This document shows, in pieces, positions 7,246-16,991 of a DNA stretch of 64,000 bases. The stretch's first letter is position 1; each line of letters starts with the position of its first letter. Below the pieces are notes generated by a model. That model was given only the letters and a program-made list of their open reading frames with translations. It was not told the origin of the DNA and did not search any database. Position numbers and translations under genes: made by a program. Source of the stretch: Bacteroidales bacterium (lineage in GTDB: Bacteria > Bacteroidota > Bacteroidia > Bacteroidales > FEN-979); assembly GCA_963662525.1 (NCBI GenBank), contig OY759717.1, positions 1,059,074-1,123,073 of the forward strand. The letters run 5' to 3'.

Positions 7246-9147
7246 ATGAATTTCAAAACCAGGATCAGGAAAAACCTCTTACTCTTAACATTTATTGTTC
7301 TGGCAGGAAGTGGATTTTTAAGCTATTCTATTTATAAAAGCTATCAAAAACTTTTCGACTCTGAAGAGTTGGTGGAACACGCAGAGCAAATTATTTATCA
7401 ATCGAGCGACATACTTTCACTTGGCAAAGACCTTGAAGCTGCTTCACGGGGTTTCGTAATTTCCGGTGACAGTACATTTCTTGAGCCATTGTTAACCGCT
7501 CAAAAAACAATCTTTGCCAGGATAAAAAAGCTCAAGTTGCTTGTAGATGACAATCCGCAACAACAACAGCGTGTTGATTCGCTCAATTTTTACATCCACA
7601 AACGCATGGATTTTTCATTAAAAATGGTTGAGCTAAAAAGCAATCAGGAATCTGCATCAGCCATTGCTGCTATTTTTGCCAAACAGAGCAAAGAGTATGG
7701 TGATCGCATGCGCCAGATTACCAGTAATTTTCAGGCTGAAGAAAATATTTTGCTTAAGGATCGAAAAAACATAAATGAACATAGCATAACAACATTCAAC
7801 CGGATTTCAATTGTTATGATTTTCCTGTTGACAATCATTACTATTCTTTTAATAATTGCTACTGGTAATTATTTGCTTCAATTCAAACAGAAAGAAAAAC
7901 GGGCAGAGGAATTAATTATAGCTAATGAAGTACTTCGTTTTCAAAACGAAGAGAAAGAGAAACGGGCAGAGGAATTGATTAAGGCCAAAGAAAAAGCAGT
8001 TGAGAGTGATAACCTAAAATCGGCATTTCTGAATAATTTGTCACATGAGATCCGCACTCCCATGAACCATATACTGGGTTTTGCCAGCCTGCTCAATGAT
8101 CCGGGACTGACGGATGATACGCGTGATGAGTATGTCGATCTGATCAATCAACAATCCCATCAGCTATTACATATTATTACAGATATTGTTGAAATTTCAA
8201 GAATTATGACGGGACAAGTTGAATTAAAATTCAGCACATTTAACTTCGTGAAAATCATGGATGAGTTATTTGCATCGTTTAAACCCAAAGCAGAAAGACG
8301 AAATCTCCAACTTAGAATAAGGAATAAGTTATCAGATACTGATGCCATGATTCGGGGAGATCTGGCAAAACTGAAGATTGTATTCGGTAATCTAATCGAA
8401 AATGCAATCAAATTTACAGATATAGGGAACATTGATATTGAATATTCCAGGTCTGGTGACAAGCTGATGATCGCGGTAAAAGATACCGGGATTGGAATAG
8501 AAGAACAAGAAAAAAAGGTAATTTTTGATAATTTTCGTCAGATTGAAATTACCATGGCACGCAAATACGGAGGAATGGGACTGGGTTTATCTATTTCAAA
8601 CGCATATATCAGGATGATGTCGGGGGTGATCAGGCTGGAATCAGAACCAGGCGAAGGTAGTACCTTTCTTGTCGAGTTACCCTATATGTCAGCCAATGGT
8701 AGTATCGAAAGCGACTTGAAGTTAGTTCAGGCTCCTGCTTTTTCCCAACTAAACTGGAAGAAAAAAACATTGCTTATTTCAGAAGATGAAGAAGCGAATA
8801 GTCAATATCTTCAAGCGTTGTTGAAATCCACTGGTATCAATCTCCTTTTTGCGCCCAATGGCGAAAAAGCCGTTGAACAATGCAAAAACCATCCGGAAAT
8901 CGACTTGGTTCTTATGGACATCAAAATGCCCAAAATGGACGGACTGGAAGCAACGAAGATTATTAAATCCTTCCGGAAGAATTTACCAATTATTGCTGTT
9001 ACCGCTTTTGCCATGCCAAAAGAGAGGGAATATATCCTTAGGTCCGGATGCGATGAATATCTGCCAAAGCCATTCTCAAGGGAAGATATTCTCACACTGA
9101 TTCAGAAATTCATTGGCACTAAAGAGCCCAGTATAGGAAACAATTAG
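7246..9147 (+). CDS. hybrid sensor histidine kinase/response regulator with CHASE3-like sensor domain
   Basis: Domains in order are as follows:
- N-terminal TM segment;
- CHASE3-like segment (VEHAEQIIYQSSDILSLGKDLEAASRGFVISGD..FLEP);
- second TM segment;
- FQNEEKEKRAEELI coiled motif;
- H-box LSHEIRTPMN;
- HATPase (DTGIGI..GGMGLGLSI);
- receiver domain (LLISEDEEAN..DLVLMDIKMPKMDG..KPF).
I prefer ATG 7246 over TTG 7222. Confidence 0.9.
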   Translation: MNFKTRIRKNLLLLTFIVLAGSGFLSYSIYKSYQKLFDSEELVEHAEQIIYQSSDILSLGKDLEAASRGFVISGDSTFLEPLLTAQKTIFARIKKLKLLVDDNPQQQQRVDSLNFYIHKRMDFSLKMVELKSNQESASAIAAIFAKQSKEYGDRMRQITSNFQAEENILLKDRKNINEHSITTFNRISIVMIFLLTIITILLIIATGNYLLQFKQKEKRAEELIIANEVLRFQNEEKEKRAEELIKAKEKAVESDNLKSAFLNNLSHEIRTPMNHILGFASLLNDPGLTDDTRDEYVDLINQQSHQLLHIITDIVEISRIMTGQVELKFSTFNFVKIMDELFASFKPKAERRNLQLRIRNKLSDTDAMIRGDLAKLKIVFGNLIENAIKFTDIGNIDIEYSRSGDKLMIAVKDTGIGIEEQEKKVIFDNFRQIEITMARKYGGMGLGLSISNAYIRMMSGVIRLESEPGEGSTFLVELPYMSANGSIESDLKLVQAPAFSQLNWKKKTLLISEDEEANSQYLQALLKSTGINLLFAPNGEKAVEQCKNHPEIDLVLMDIKMPKMDGLEATKIIKSFRKNLPIIAVTAFAMPKEREYILRSGCDEYLPKPFSREDILTLIQKFIGTKEPSIGNN

Positions 9148-9244
9148 TGTATGAATATAAGAAATTAGGAGTTTTGAGAATTATTGATAAAAAGCTCCTT
9201 GTAAATAGGATAATTAAAAGAAGAAGGGTCAGGATAAATACTGC

Positions 9245-9475
9245 CTATCCTTTTCTCAGGGCATACCTCAGCCTGATTTCCCTTTCACGGCTTTTATCGG
9301 AAATGAAGACGATGGTTCTGCCGTCATCGAGAAGGACAGGATACTTGTCAATCACAGACCCTGATGACAGTTTTGATACCGGAATTGAATCCCGGTGATG
9401 ATTTGATAAATCCATCCGGTTATCCACCGCATCACCCCGTTTAAAATGTCGAACATTTTTCATTCGTCCAGGCAT
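9245..9475 (-). CDS. small conserved hypothetical protein, paralog A (76 aa)
   Basis: It shares P.SKL..GS....PV.LD.G.T..FISD.SRE.E.R.RY.LR with 9572-9802. It has an ATG start. The strand choice is not fully certain (see findings). Confidence 0.45.
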   Translation of the reverse strand: MPGRMKNVRHFKRGDAVDNRMDLSNHHRDSIPVSKLSSGSVIDKYPVLLDDGRTIVFISDKSREREIRLRYALRKG

Positions 9476-9571
9476 TATTTATTTAGATAAAAATACGGGT
9501 CATTTTGAGTTTCTGTCACCAGTTACAATTCTATTTATCAACAAGAATCGGTGAAAACTATTTTTAAATTA

Positions 9572-9802
9572 TTATGTCTTGTGTTTTTTGTACAAGAAAT
9601 TAAACCTGCTGTATTGTCGCAATTCGTATCGTTCTCTTGTTTCAGCTTCCCTGCTTAAATCCGAAATGAATATGGTTGTTTTACCACCATCAAGGATAAC
9701 AGGAAATAAACCTGTCAGTGATCCTGTTCTTAATTTTGAATCGGGAATTTTTAACCGGTTATGTTCCAGCATCATCCTGTATTCCAAGGTATCTTTTTTC
9801 AT
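9572..9802 (-). CDS. small conserved hypothetical protein, paralog B (76 aa)
   Basis: Tandem paralog of 9245-9475, with the same length and the same conserved core. Confidence 0.45.
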   Translation of the reverse strand: MKKDTLEYRMMLEHNRLKIPDSKLRTGSLTGLFPVILDGGKTTIFISDLSREAETRERYELRQYSRFNFLYKKHKT

Positions 9803-9942
9803 CCGTTACATGTTTTATCACAAAAAATAAGCACTTTGGTTTTTTTTCAAGGTACGGCTATTTTTCGTGATCTGGCATAATTAGTTTTATTAAAATTTAC
9901 CAAACAGACTCATTGACCGGATGTGGAAATGGATTAAAGATA

Positions 9943-11139
9943 TTAATGAACCAGCGTCCGTAAAAGGTCGGCAAAATACAGATATTGCTCCCGGCTGTTG
10001 TATAATTGAACGGAAATCCGGGTCATTGTTTTGGCGGGATCAGACCAGTACCAGATGGGAACTTCCAGGTGAAAATCATGATACAGCCTATCCTGTAGAG
10101 GGGTGAAACTCTTATAATCGGGTGGTTGTCCGATGGCAGGCAAGGGTAAAGGCAGGGTGGCCATGCTCGCAATCATATTGTCCGGACAAGGCGATTCGAT
10201 GTCAAGCAAATTGCAAATCACCGATCGGGCTTCAATACACAGATCGTGGTTACGTTTCATCCATACAGGCCAGCCTCCGGGTAGCAAAGAACCCAGGTAA
10301 TCAATGGTATCACCAACACAGATGGCCGCGGATGGATCATAAGTGCCCGGCCAGTAAAACCTTTCCGGAAATGGTTCGGCATTATATCCGGCATGGCTGA
10401 TCACCAAAGGCAGGATCCCCTTCTGTTTATCCTTCCTGACATGCAAAATCGCCGTGCTTTTAGGTGAGCAGAGCCATTTGTGACAATTGGCAGTATAATA
10501 GGCCGCTCCTATTCTTTTCAGATCAAGGGGGATGCTTCCCAGTGTGTGAGCTCCATCGATCATGGTATCAATACCACGGTCATCCAGTTCCTTTACAATT
10601 TGTTCCACCGGTTGAATGATGGCAGTAGCGGAAGTGATATGATCGATCAGGGCGATCTTTGTTTTCCGGGTAACTTTTTCAAGGATTTTTTCAATGATCA
10701 GTCCGGGTGAACTCACCGGAAAATCATACGAGGTTTCTGTAATGACTGCGCCGGTTTGATCGCAGATGTATTCCAGGATTCGACGGCAGGCAGGATAAAT
10801 GTGATTGGTGATAAGAATTTCATCACCGGGATTAAAATGAAGAGAGCGAAATATCGTATTGACTGCAGTTGTTGCATTGCCCACAAAAACCAGGTCTTCC
10901 TGGCTGGCATTCACGAAATTTGCCACTTTCCGACGTGATTGATCAAACATTTCTTCCATTTCCCTGATCAGAAAGCGGACCGGCTGGTTTTCGAGCATCT
11001 GCCTGTATATCTGTTGTTTTTCAAGGATTTTTGAAGGACATGCACCGAAAGAGCCATGGTTGAGGAAGATCATTTCAGGATCCAAAGGCCAAAGGGAAGC
11101 ATATTCAGAGGGAGATGGGAAATCAATTGACATATTCAT
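9943..11139 (-). CDS. aminotransferase class V-fold PLP enzyme (isopenicillin-N-epimerase/cysteine-desulfurase-like)
   Basis: 398 aa. Motifs include FLNHGSFGACP and YYTANCHKWLCSPKSTAIL (PLP lysine context). Confidence 0.75.
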   Translation of the reverse strand: MNMSIDFPSPSEYASLWPLDPEMIFLNHGSFGACPSKILEKQQIYRQMLENQPVRFLIREMEEMFDQSRRKVANFVNASQEDLVFVGNATTAVNTIFRSLHFNPGDEILITNHIYPACRRILEYICDQTGAVITETSYDFPVSSPGLIIEKILEKVTRKTKIALIDHITSATAIIQPVEQIVKELDDRGIDTMIDGAHTLGSIPLDLKRIGAAYYTANCHKWLCSPKSTAILHVRKDKQKGILPLVISHAGYNAEPFPERFYWPGTYDPSAAICVGDTIDYLGSLLPGGWPVWMKRNHDLCIEARSVICNLLDIESPCPDNMIASMATLPLPLPAIGQPPDYKSFTPLQDRLYHDFHLEVPIWYWSDPAKTMTRISVQLYNSREQYLYFADLLRTLVH

Positions 11140-11151
11140 CCGGGGATTTTT

Positions 11152-12381
11152 CTATTTAACAAAAAGAATCAGGCCTTTGAGGTATTCCCCTTCCGGATGA
11201 TAAATGCTTACCGGGTGATCCTGCCCCTGGGAAAGCCGGTGAAGAATTTTCACTTCCCGCCCTGCTTCCAGTGCAGCACTCATGATCGCCGACTGGAAAG
11301 TGTCGCGGCTGATCGCCTGGGAGCAGGAAAAAGTAAATAAAATGCCCTCTTTATTCAGCAGTTTCATTGCCCGGGCATTGATATGGATATAGGCATGCAA
11401 GGCATTGTTGGTAACTTTATGTGTCTTGGCAAATGCCGGAGGATCAAGGATGATCATATCATAACGCTCATTGGTTTCCGTCAGATACTTCTTGGCATCG
11501 GTAACAATGCTGAGATGTTGATCAGGGTTTATACCGTTTAATTCAATATTTTCCCGGGTCCATTCGATAGCTTGCCGCGAACTGTCGACTGAATGGACCA
11601 TCCTAGCCCCACCTTTCATCGAATACACAGAGAATGCTCCTGAATAACAGAAACTGTTCAGCACTTTTCTGTCTTTTGCATAGTACTGGGCATACATGCG
11701 GTTTCCTTTCTGATCCAGAAAAAACCCTGTTTTCTGTCCATGTTCCCAATCGACCCGAAAGCGATGGCCGGTTTCCAGGATTTCACCCTTCATGGAGGTT
11801 CCGAATAAATATTCATCCTGGATCAAAGAACCCATCCCCTTCAGGTGAGTCTGCCTGTCTGTCTGGGAGAGGGTTGGGCTGGGGTGCATTGTTTCGCTGC
11901 TTTTATCATAAACAGCAATCAATTCATGCCCATAGATTTCCCGGAGGGCAGTAACGAAAACCGGCTTAAGCCGGTGCATTCCCATGGAATGGGTCTGAAT
12001 AACCGCTACGCCATTATACCAGTCGATGATCAGCCCGGGCATTCCATCTCCTTCAGAAAAAACGAGGCGGTATGCATTATTGGATTTATTGTTGACCAGC
12101 CCGATACTTTTGCGAAGCTGATAAGCCTGCCGAAGTTTCTCCAACCAGAATGCATCATTCAATTCTGTTTGGTGAAGGCTGAATATTTTGATAGCGATTG
12201 AGCTTCCTGCATAATGTCCCATCGCCAGAAATTCATTTTTATTGGAAAGTACTTCCACCGGATCCCCTTCCCTTACATCTCCCTGTATCAATGCAATCGC
12301 TCCGGAGAAGATCCAGGGATGAAAACGTTTAACCGCAGCTTCTTTGCCGGATTTAAGGATAATTTTGGGGTATTTGTTCAT
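11152..12381 (-). CDS. rlmI: PUA-domain SAM-dependent rRNA (cytosine-C5) methyltransferase, RlmI-like
   Basis: From ATG 12381 the protein reads MNKYPKIILKSGKEAAVKRFHPWIFSGAI (RlmI-type N-terminus). It also has a SAM fold (VLNSFCYSGAFS..DMIILDPPAF). The ORF-track extension to 12681 lies antisense to the neighbouring gene and is rejected. Confidence 0.75.
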   Translation of the reverse strand: MNKYPKIILKSGKEAAVKRFHPWIFSGAIALIQGDVREGDPVEVLSNKNEFLAMGHYAGSSIAIKIFSLHQTELNDAFWLEKLRQAYQLRKSIGLVNNKSNNAYRLVFSEGDGMPGLIIDWYNGVAVIQTHSMGMHRLKPVFVTALREIYGHELIAVYDKSSETMHPSPTLSQTDRQTHLKGMGSLIQDEYLFGTSMKGEILETGHRFRVDWEHGQKTGFFLDQKGNRMYAQYYAKDRKVLNSFCYSGAFSVYSMKGGARMVHSVDSSRQAIEWTRENIELNGINPDQHLSIVTDAKKYLTETNERYDMIILDPPAFAKTHKVTNNALHAYIHINARAMKLLNKEGILFTFSCSQAISRDTFQSAIMSAALEAGREVKILHRLSQGQDHPVSIYHPEGEYLKGLILFVK

Positions 12382-12398
12382 TTTTTTGATTTTCTTAG

Positions 12399-12406
12399 TA
12401 AATTTG
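12399..12406 (+). promoter_or_regulatory. Bacteroidota -7 box TAAATTTG
   Basis: Matches TAnnTTTG and ends 24 nt upstream of ATG 12431. Confidence 0.4.
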
Positions 12407-12430
12407 CTGCAAATTATAAAATTCATCCAA

Positions 12431-13282
12431 ATGAAAAAGTATTTATTGCTTTTATTAATTCCGGTATTTTTTGCCTGTGGCAGAGAAGCCAAGAAGAAAG
12501 CCGAGGAATTACAGGCCAGGACAGATAGTCTGATGAGCCAAACCCTACAAAAAGATGAAGCTATCAATGAATTTATCCGCTCCATTAATGAAATCCAGGG
12601 CACCCTGGACACGATCAAGATGAAGGAAAATATCATCAACCTAAGCACAGACCGTGGCGGGGAATTAAAACTATCGGCCAAGGATCAGATCAAAAACGAT
12701 ATACAATCGATCTATGGCCTGATGGAAAAGAACAGGGAAACCATAAACGCCCTGACGAAAAAGTTAAAAAATTCCAGTTTGAAAGTTGACGAGTTACAGA
12801 AGATGGTAGCCAGGCTAAATGCCGACATTGCCCAGAAATCTGCCGATATTGAAGATCTGAGGGCCAAACTTGCCAAGATGAATATTGCTTTTGATATGGC
12901 TAACCTGAAAATTGATACTCTTTCAAGGACTGTTAAGACACAAACCAGCAAGCTAGATGATCAAAGTCAGACCATTGCTGCACAGGATGCCGCTCTTAAT
13001 ACTGCTTACTATGTGATCGGAACCAGCAAGGAACTTAAGAAAAGCGGGGTAATCAAAAGTGGCGAAGTATTATCTGATTTCAACAAGGATCTGTTTACGA
13101 GAATTGATATCCGGAAAACTACAGAGATCTCTATCCTGAGTAAGAAAGCAAAGGTTTTATCCAGTCATCCCTCCTCTTCCTATAAATTTAATGGAGATAA
13201 AAAATTAATTCAGTCGCTGCAGATAACCGATTATAAAACATTCTGGAGCAACAGCAAGTACCTGGTTATTGTTGTCAACTAA
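12431..13282 (+). CDS. coiled-coil lipoprotein, function unknown
   Basis: From ATG 12431 the protein reads MKKYLLLLLIPVFFAC (lipobox). It has long heptad-like charged segments. Confidence 0.7.
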   Translation: MKKYLLLLLIPVFFACGREAKKKAEELQARTDSLMSQTLQKDEAINEFIRSINEIQGTLDTIKMKENIINLSTDRGGELKLSAKDQIKNDIQSIYGLMEKNRETINALTKKLKNSSLKVDELQKMVARLNADIAQKSADIEDLRAKLAKMNIAFDMANLKIDTLSRTVKTQTSKLDDQSQTIAAQDAALNTAYYVIGTSKELKKSGVIKSGEVLSDFNKDLFTRIDIRKTTEISILSKKAKVLSSHPSSSYKFNGDKKLIQSLQITDYKTFWSNSKYLVIVVN

Positions 13283-13301
13283 ACTGCTTATAACAAACCG
13301 T

Positions 13302-13334
13302 AGGGGCAACGTTGGTGTTGCCCCTTTTTTTTTT
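13302..13334 (+). terminator. rho-independent terminator
   Basis: AGGGGCAAC-gttggt-GTTGCCCCT is followed by T10, about 20 nt after the stop at 13282. Confidence 0.8.
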
Positions 13335-13361
13335 GATCTTTGCAGAAATAATAATTGAGCT

Positions 13362-14378
13362 ATGCGTTTTCGGTTAATAATTATTTCTTCCTTATTCCTG
13401 ATAAATCTGATAGGTTTATCACAGAAACCAAATGAGAAACAATTTAAAGTTGTATTTTATAATGTAGAAAACCTGTTCGACACCATCGATAATCCCCTGA
13501 CCAGTGATATTGATTTCCTGCCTGACTCCAAAGTCGCATGGAATACTGTTCGGTACTTTCAAAAGATTCAGCATACAGGCAGGGTACTGGTATCCATTGA
13601 CAGTTTGAATTTGCCTGGAATCATTGGTCTGGCTGAAATTGAGAACAGATCCGTACTCGAAGACCTGATCGCCCTGACCGGGTTAAAGCAAGGCAAGTAC
13701 CAGATCATTATGGAAGAAGGACAAGATCCCAGGGGGATTGATGTAGCCTTGATGTACCGTACAGATCTGTTCAAAGAAGTCAATCACCAGGCGATTCCTT
13801 CCGCATATACCTTTAAAACACGCGATATTCTGTACGCCAGATTGGAAAGTTCAAACCATGAGACTTACCATCTATTTGTCAACCATTGGAAATCAAGGGA
13901 AGGCGGATCGCAGGGGACAGAAGTAAAGCGTATTGAAAATGCTGGTATTCTGAAGCATCTCACGGATTCCATTCTAATCAGGTATCCAAAAGCCAATGTG
14001 ATTATCGTGGGTGATTTCAACGATGAGCCGGGGAATAGAAGTATAGCTGAAATACTTGGAGCTGAAAAGCCGGGATTAACATTTTCTCCTGCCAGTCTTT
14101 ATAATCTCCTTTACGATCCTTATGAAAAGGGTGAAGGGACGCTCTATTATAAAGACTGGGATGTGTTTGACCAGATTATCGTATCCGGGAATATGCTGAT
14201 GAAAAAGAAAGGGAAAGCGCCCATAATTGTTTCCCCTTATGCTTACATCTTCAAACCAGACTGGATTCTCTATAAGAATAAAAGCGGGGAATCAGTGCCA
14301 AACAGAACGGCCAGTTCAAAAGAATATTACGGAGGCTACTCTGATCATTTGCCGGTATATACCTCTGTCAAGAATTAA
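13362..14378 (+). CDS. secreted endonuclease/exonuclease/phosphatase (EEP) family protein
   Basis: It has a signal peptide. EEP motifs are FYNVENLFD, GLAEIEN, VNHWKSR, VGDFNDEP and YSDHLPVY. Confidence 0.75.
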   Translation: MRFRLIIISSLFLINLIGLSQKPNEKQFKVVFYNVENLFDTIDNPLTSDIDFLPDSKVAWNTVRYFQKIQHTGRVLVSIDSLNLPGIIGLAEIENRSVLEDLIALTGLKQGKYQIIMEEGQDPRGIDVALMYRTDLFKEVNHQAIPSAYTFKTRDILYARLESSNHETYHLFVNHWKSREGGSQGTEVKRIENAGILKHLTDSILIRYPKANVIIVGDFNDEPGNRSIAEILGAEKPGLTFSPASLYNLLYDPYEKGEGTLYYKDWDVFDQIIVSGNMLMKKKGKAPIIVSPYAYIFKPDWILYKNKSGESVPNRTASSKEYYGGYSDHLPVYTSVKN

Positions 14379-14398
14379 GGGTCAGTGATCTGGCATCA

Positions 14399-14426
14399 AT
14401 TCCCAATGCTTAATTCCTAATTTCTC
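14399..14426 (-). repeat. degenerate heptamer array (gene-sense GAGAAAT TAGGAAT TAAGCAT TGGGAAT)
   Basis: Read directly. The array spans the last codons and the TAA stop of 14410-14859. It contains the 13-mer ATTAGGAATTAAG that is also found at the serS stop. Confidence 0.5.
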
Positions 14427-14859
14427 CGGGTGGAGCCGAGTAGTCGATTTCCTGCAACAGACGTCCATTTTCATCGTAAAATCTCCACTTACCCATCCTC
14501 ATTTCTTCTTTATAGAAACCTTCATAACGGATCTTGCCGGATTCGAAATAGGTAACGCGTTTGCCATCGCTTTTCCCATTTTTAAAGAAACCCTCACTCC
14601 AGACTTTGCCATTTTCATGCCAATAGGTCCATTTACCGTCACGTTTGCTGTCCTTATAAGTCCCTTCCATCTGCATCTGCTTATTGGAATAATAAGTTGT
14701 TTCCTTGATCAGCTCCCTGCTTTCACCTGTTCCTTGATATATACAGATCCGCTTCGGTGAACCGTCGGGATAAGATTCTTCAATGACTTTATGTTCAAAT
14801 TTGCAGGAGAACAGTAAAAATGATAAAACGGAAATTGTTATAAGACTGGTTTTCATCAT
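14410..14859 (-). CDS. MORN-repeat (YwqK-like) lipoprotein
   Basis: Lipobox LLFSC. Repeats of the form G.YKD..RDGKWTYWHENGK, G.FKNGKSDGK..YFESGK, G.YKEEMRMGKWRFYDENG. Confidence 0.7.
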   Translation of the reverse strand: MMKTSLITISVLSFLLFSCKFEHKVIEESYPDGSPKRICIYQGTGESRELIKETTYYSNKQMQMEGTYKDSKRDGKWTYWHENGKVWSEGFFKNGKSDGKRVTYFESGKIRYEGFYKEEMRMGKWRFYDENGRLLQEIDYSAPPGEIRN

Positions 14860-16217
14860 CAGTTAACATTAAACTTCAATCGCATTCCTTTTTTTGATTC
14901 CAGGAAAATTCCTTCCTGATAGGTAAGGTTTCCGTTAACCCAGGTATGGGTAACTCTTGATCTGAAGGTGACGCCTTCAAGGGGTGACCATCTGCATTTG
15001 TAAAGAATATTCTCTTTTGACACTGTCCATGGGGCATCCAGATCGACAAGCACCAGGTCGGCATAGTAGCCTTTACGGATATAGCCTCGTTTATTAATTC
15101 TGTAAAGCATAGCCGGGGCATGGCACATTTTTTCCACGATCATCTCCAGGGAGATTTTTCCCAGGTGGTGGAAGCCCAGCATGGCCACCAGGCAATGCTG
15201 TATAAAAGGGGCTCCCGACGGACAGGTGGTATAAGGATGCTGTTTCTCCTTCCAGGTATGCGGTGCATGATCGGTGGCAATGATATCTATTTTCCCTGAT
15301 AGAACACCCTGAAACAGTCCCAGTTTGTCTTTTTCTGTTTTTATCGCAGGGTTCCATTTAATCATAGACCCCAGTTCGGTATAGTCCCTGTCGTCGAACC
15401 ACAGGTGATGAACACAAACCTCTCCAGTGATATGCTTTTCAGAAAGTGGTACATGGTTATCGAGCAGCTCCAGTTCCCGGGCAGTGGAAAGGTGAAGTAA
15501 ATGAAGGCGGGTTTTATGCTTAAGTGCGAGTTTTACAGCCTTCCTGGAAGATTCGAAGCAAGCTTCTTCACTTCGTATCAGGGGGTGTGCAGAAATCGGT
15601 ATATCGTCACCATACCTGGCTTTGAATTGTTTCAGGTTTTCCTGTATGATGGATTCTTCTTCTGCATGTACCGCAATTAAAAGAGGTGATTGTTTAAAAA
15701 TTGCTTCCAGGGTGTCGGGATTATCGACCAGCATATTTCCTGTTGAGGCTCCCATGAATACTTTCAATCCACAGATCCGGCCAGGGTCGGCTTTGACAAT
15801 TTCCCCGATATTATCGTTGGTAGCGCCGAGGAAGAATGAATAGTTGGCCAGTGATTTCTCTGAAGCCAGCAGGTATTTCTCTTCCAGTATCTCCAGGGTA
15901 GTGGCCTTAGGGTTGGTATTGGGCATATCCATGAAAGAAGTAACTCCTCCTGCAACGGCTGCACGGCTTTCGGTATAAAGGTCTCCTTTCTGCGAAAGGC
16001 CGGGGTCGCGGAAATGCACCTGGTCGTCGATAATACCAGGGAAAAGGCATTTTCCTTTAGCATCCACCACATGGATTTCTTCAGGAAAAGGAAAATCCTC
16101 AGGGGGTTTCCCTTCAAATATCTCAGTAATAATATCCTTTTCAATCAGGACAGCCCCGTGAAAACGCTCGCCTTCATTGACGATGATGGCATTGCGGATA
16201 AGGAAAGAATCATTCAT
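14859..16217 (-). CDS. pyrC: dihydroorotase-like cyclic amidohydrolase
   Basis: 452 aa. Motifs include GIIDDQVHFRDPGLSQKGD, SFMDMPNT and IATDHAPH. Confidence 0.7.
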   Translation of the reverse strand: MNDSFLIRNAIIVNEGERFHGAVLIEKDIITEIFEGKPPEDFPFPEEIHVVDAKGKCLFPGIIDDQVHFRDPGLSQKGDLYTESRAAVAGGVTSFMDMPNTNPKATTLEILEEKYLLASEKSLANYSFFLGATNDNIGEIVKADPGRICGLKVFMGASTGNMLVDNPDTLEAIFKQSPLLIAVHAEEESIIQENLKQFKARYGDDIPISAHPLIRSEEACFESSRKAVKLALKHKTRLHLLHLSTARELELLDNHVPLSEKHITGEVCVHHLWFDDRDYTELGSMIKWNPAIKTEKDKLGLFQGVLSGKIDIIATDHAPHTWKEKQHPYTTCPSGAPFIQHCLVAMLGFHHLGKISLEMIVEKMCHAPAMLYRINKRGYIRKGYYADLVLVDLDAPWTVSKENILYKCRWSPLEGVTFRSRVTHTWVNGNLTYQEGIFLESKKGMRLKFNVN

Positions 16218-16218
16218 C

Positions 16219-16959
16219 TCAGCCTTTGAGGCGTTTGTATTTTGTAAAGAGGCTTTTTATCCTCAAACTCATTACACCAAAAATCGCTTCTTTAAAAATA
16301 CCCTTGCTCATCTTGGATTCGCCCATGGTTCGGTCGGTAAAAATAATAGGCACTTCTGCGATGTTGAATCCCAGTTTCCAAGCGGTAAATTTCATTTCGA
16401 TCTGGAATGCATAACCGGTAAACCTTACCTTCTCCAGGTCGATGGCTTCGAGTACTGCACGGGTATAGCATTTAAAACCGGCTGTTGTATCCATAATTTT
16501 CATCCTGGTGATAAAACGTACATAAGAAGAAGCATAATACGACATCAGTACGCGGCCGATGGGCCAGTTTACAACATTAACGCCGGAAACATAACGGGAA
16601 CCGATCACCAGATCGGCTCCCTTATTTTTAGCAGCATCATATAAACGAAGCAAATCTTCCGGATTATGCGAAAAGTCTGCATCCATTTCGAATACGAAAT
16701 CATAGCCATGTGACAAAGCCCACCTGAATCCGTGGATATAGGCGGTACCCAGTCCGAGTTTCCCTTTCCGCTCTTCTATGAACAAGCGGTTCGGGAATTC
16801 AGGTATTAAGCTTTTTACAATGGCAGCAGTGCCATCCGGGGAATTGTCTTCGATGATTAAAAGGTCAAAATCCTTGGTAAGAGAAAAGACCTTGCGGATT
16901 ATCCGCTCTATATTTTCCTTTTCGTTAAATGTCGGGATGATGACTAAACTATCTGACAC
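16219..16959 (-). CDS. GT2 polyprenol-phosphate mannosyltransferase (Dpm1-like)
   Basis: 246 aa. Motifs include VIIPTFNEKENI, IIEDNSPDGT and FEMDADFSH. Confidence 0.8.
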   Translation of the reverse strand: MSDSLVIIPTFNEKENIERIIRKVFSLTKDFDLLIIEDNSPDGTAAIVKSLIPEFPNRLFIEERKGKLGLGTAYIHGFRWALSHGYDFVFEMDADFSHNPEDLLRLYDAAKNKGADLVIGSRYVSGVNVVNWPIGRVLMSYYASSYVRFITRMKIMDTTAGFKCYTRAVLEAIDLEKVRFTGYAFQIEMKFTAWKLGFNIAEVPIIFTDRTMGESKMSKGIFKEAIFGVMSLRIKSLFTKYKRLKG

Positions 16960-16991
16960 AAGCCGGTAATTTTATTGTTTACAAATTCAAT

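Noticed and set aside
9147-9830. Plus-strand 83-aa ORFs 9147-9398 and 9579-9830 as the real genes of the small paralog pair
   Set aside because: They are Leu/Ser/Arg-rich, which is typical of antisense frames. One starts with a GTG overlapping the kinase stop. Their mutual similarity is explained by third-position coincidence with the minus frames. The call is not fully excluded (see finding).
12382-12681. 100-codon N-terminal extension of the rlmI ORF, and the matching 12344-12430 extension of the lipoprotein ORF
   Set aside because: The extensions overlap each other on opposite strands. The internal ATGs give a canonical RlmI N-terminus (MNKYPKIILKSGKEA..HPWIFSG) and a canonical lipoprotein signal (MKKYLLLLLIPVFFAC).
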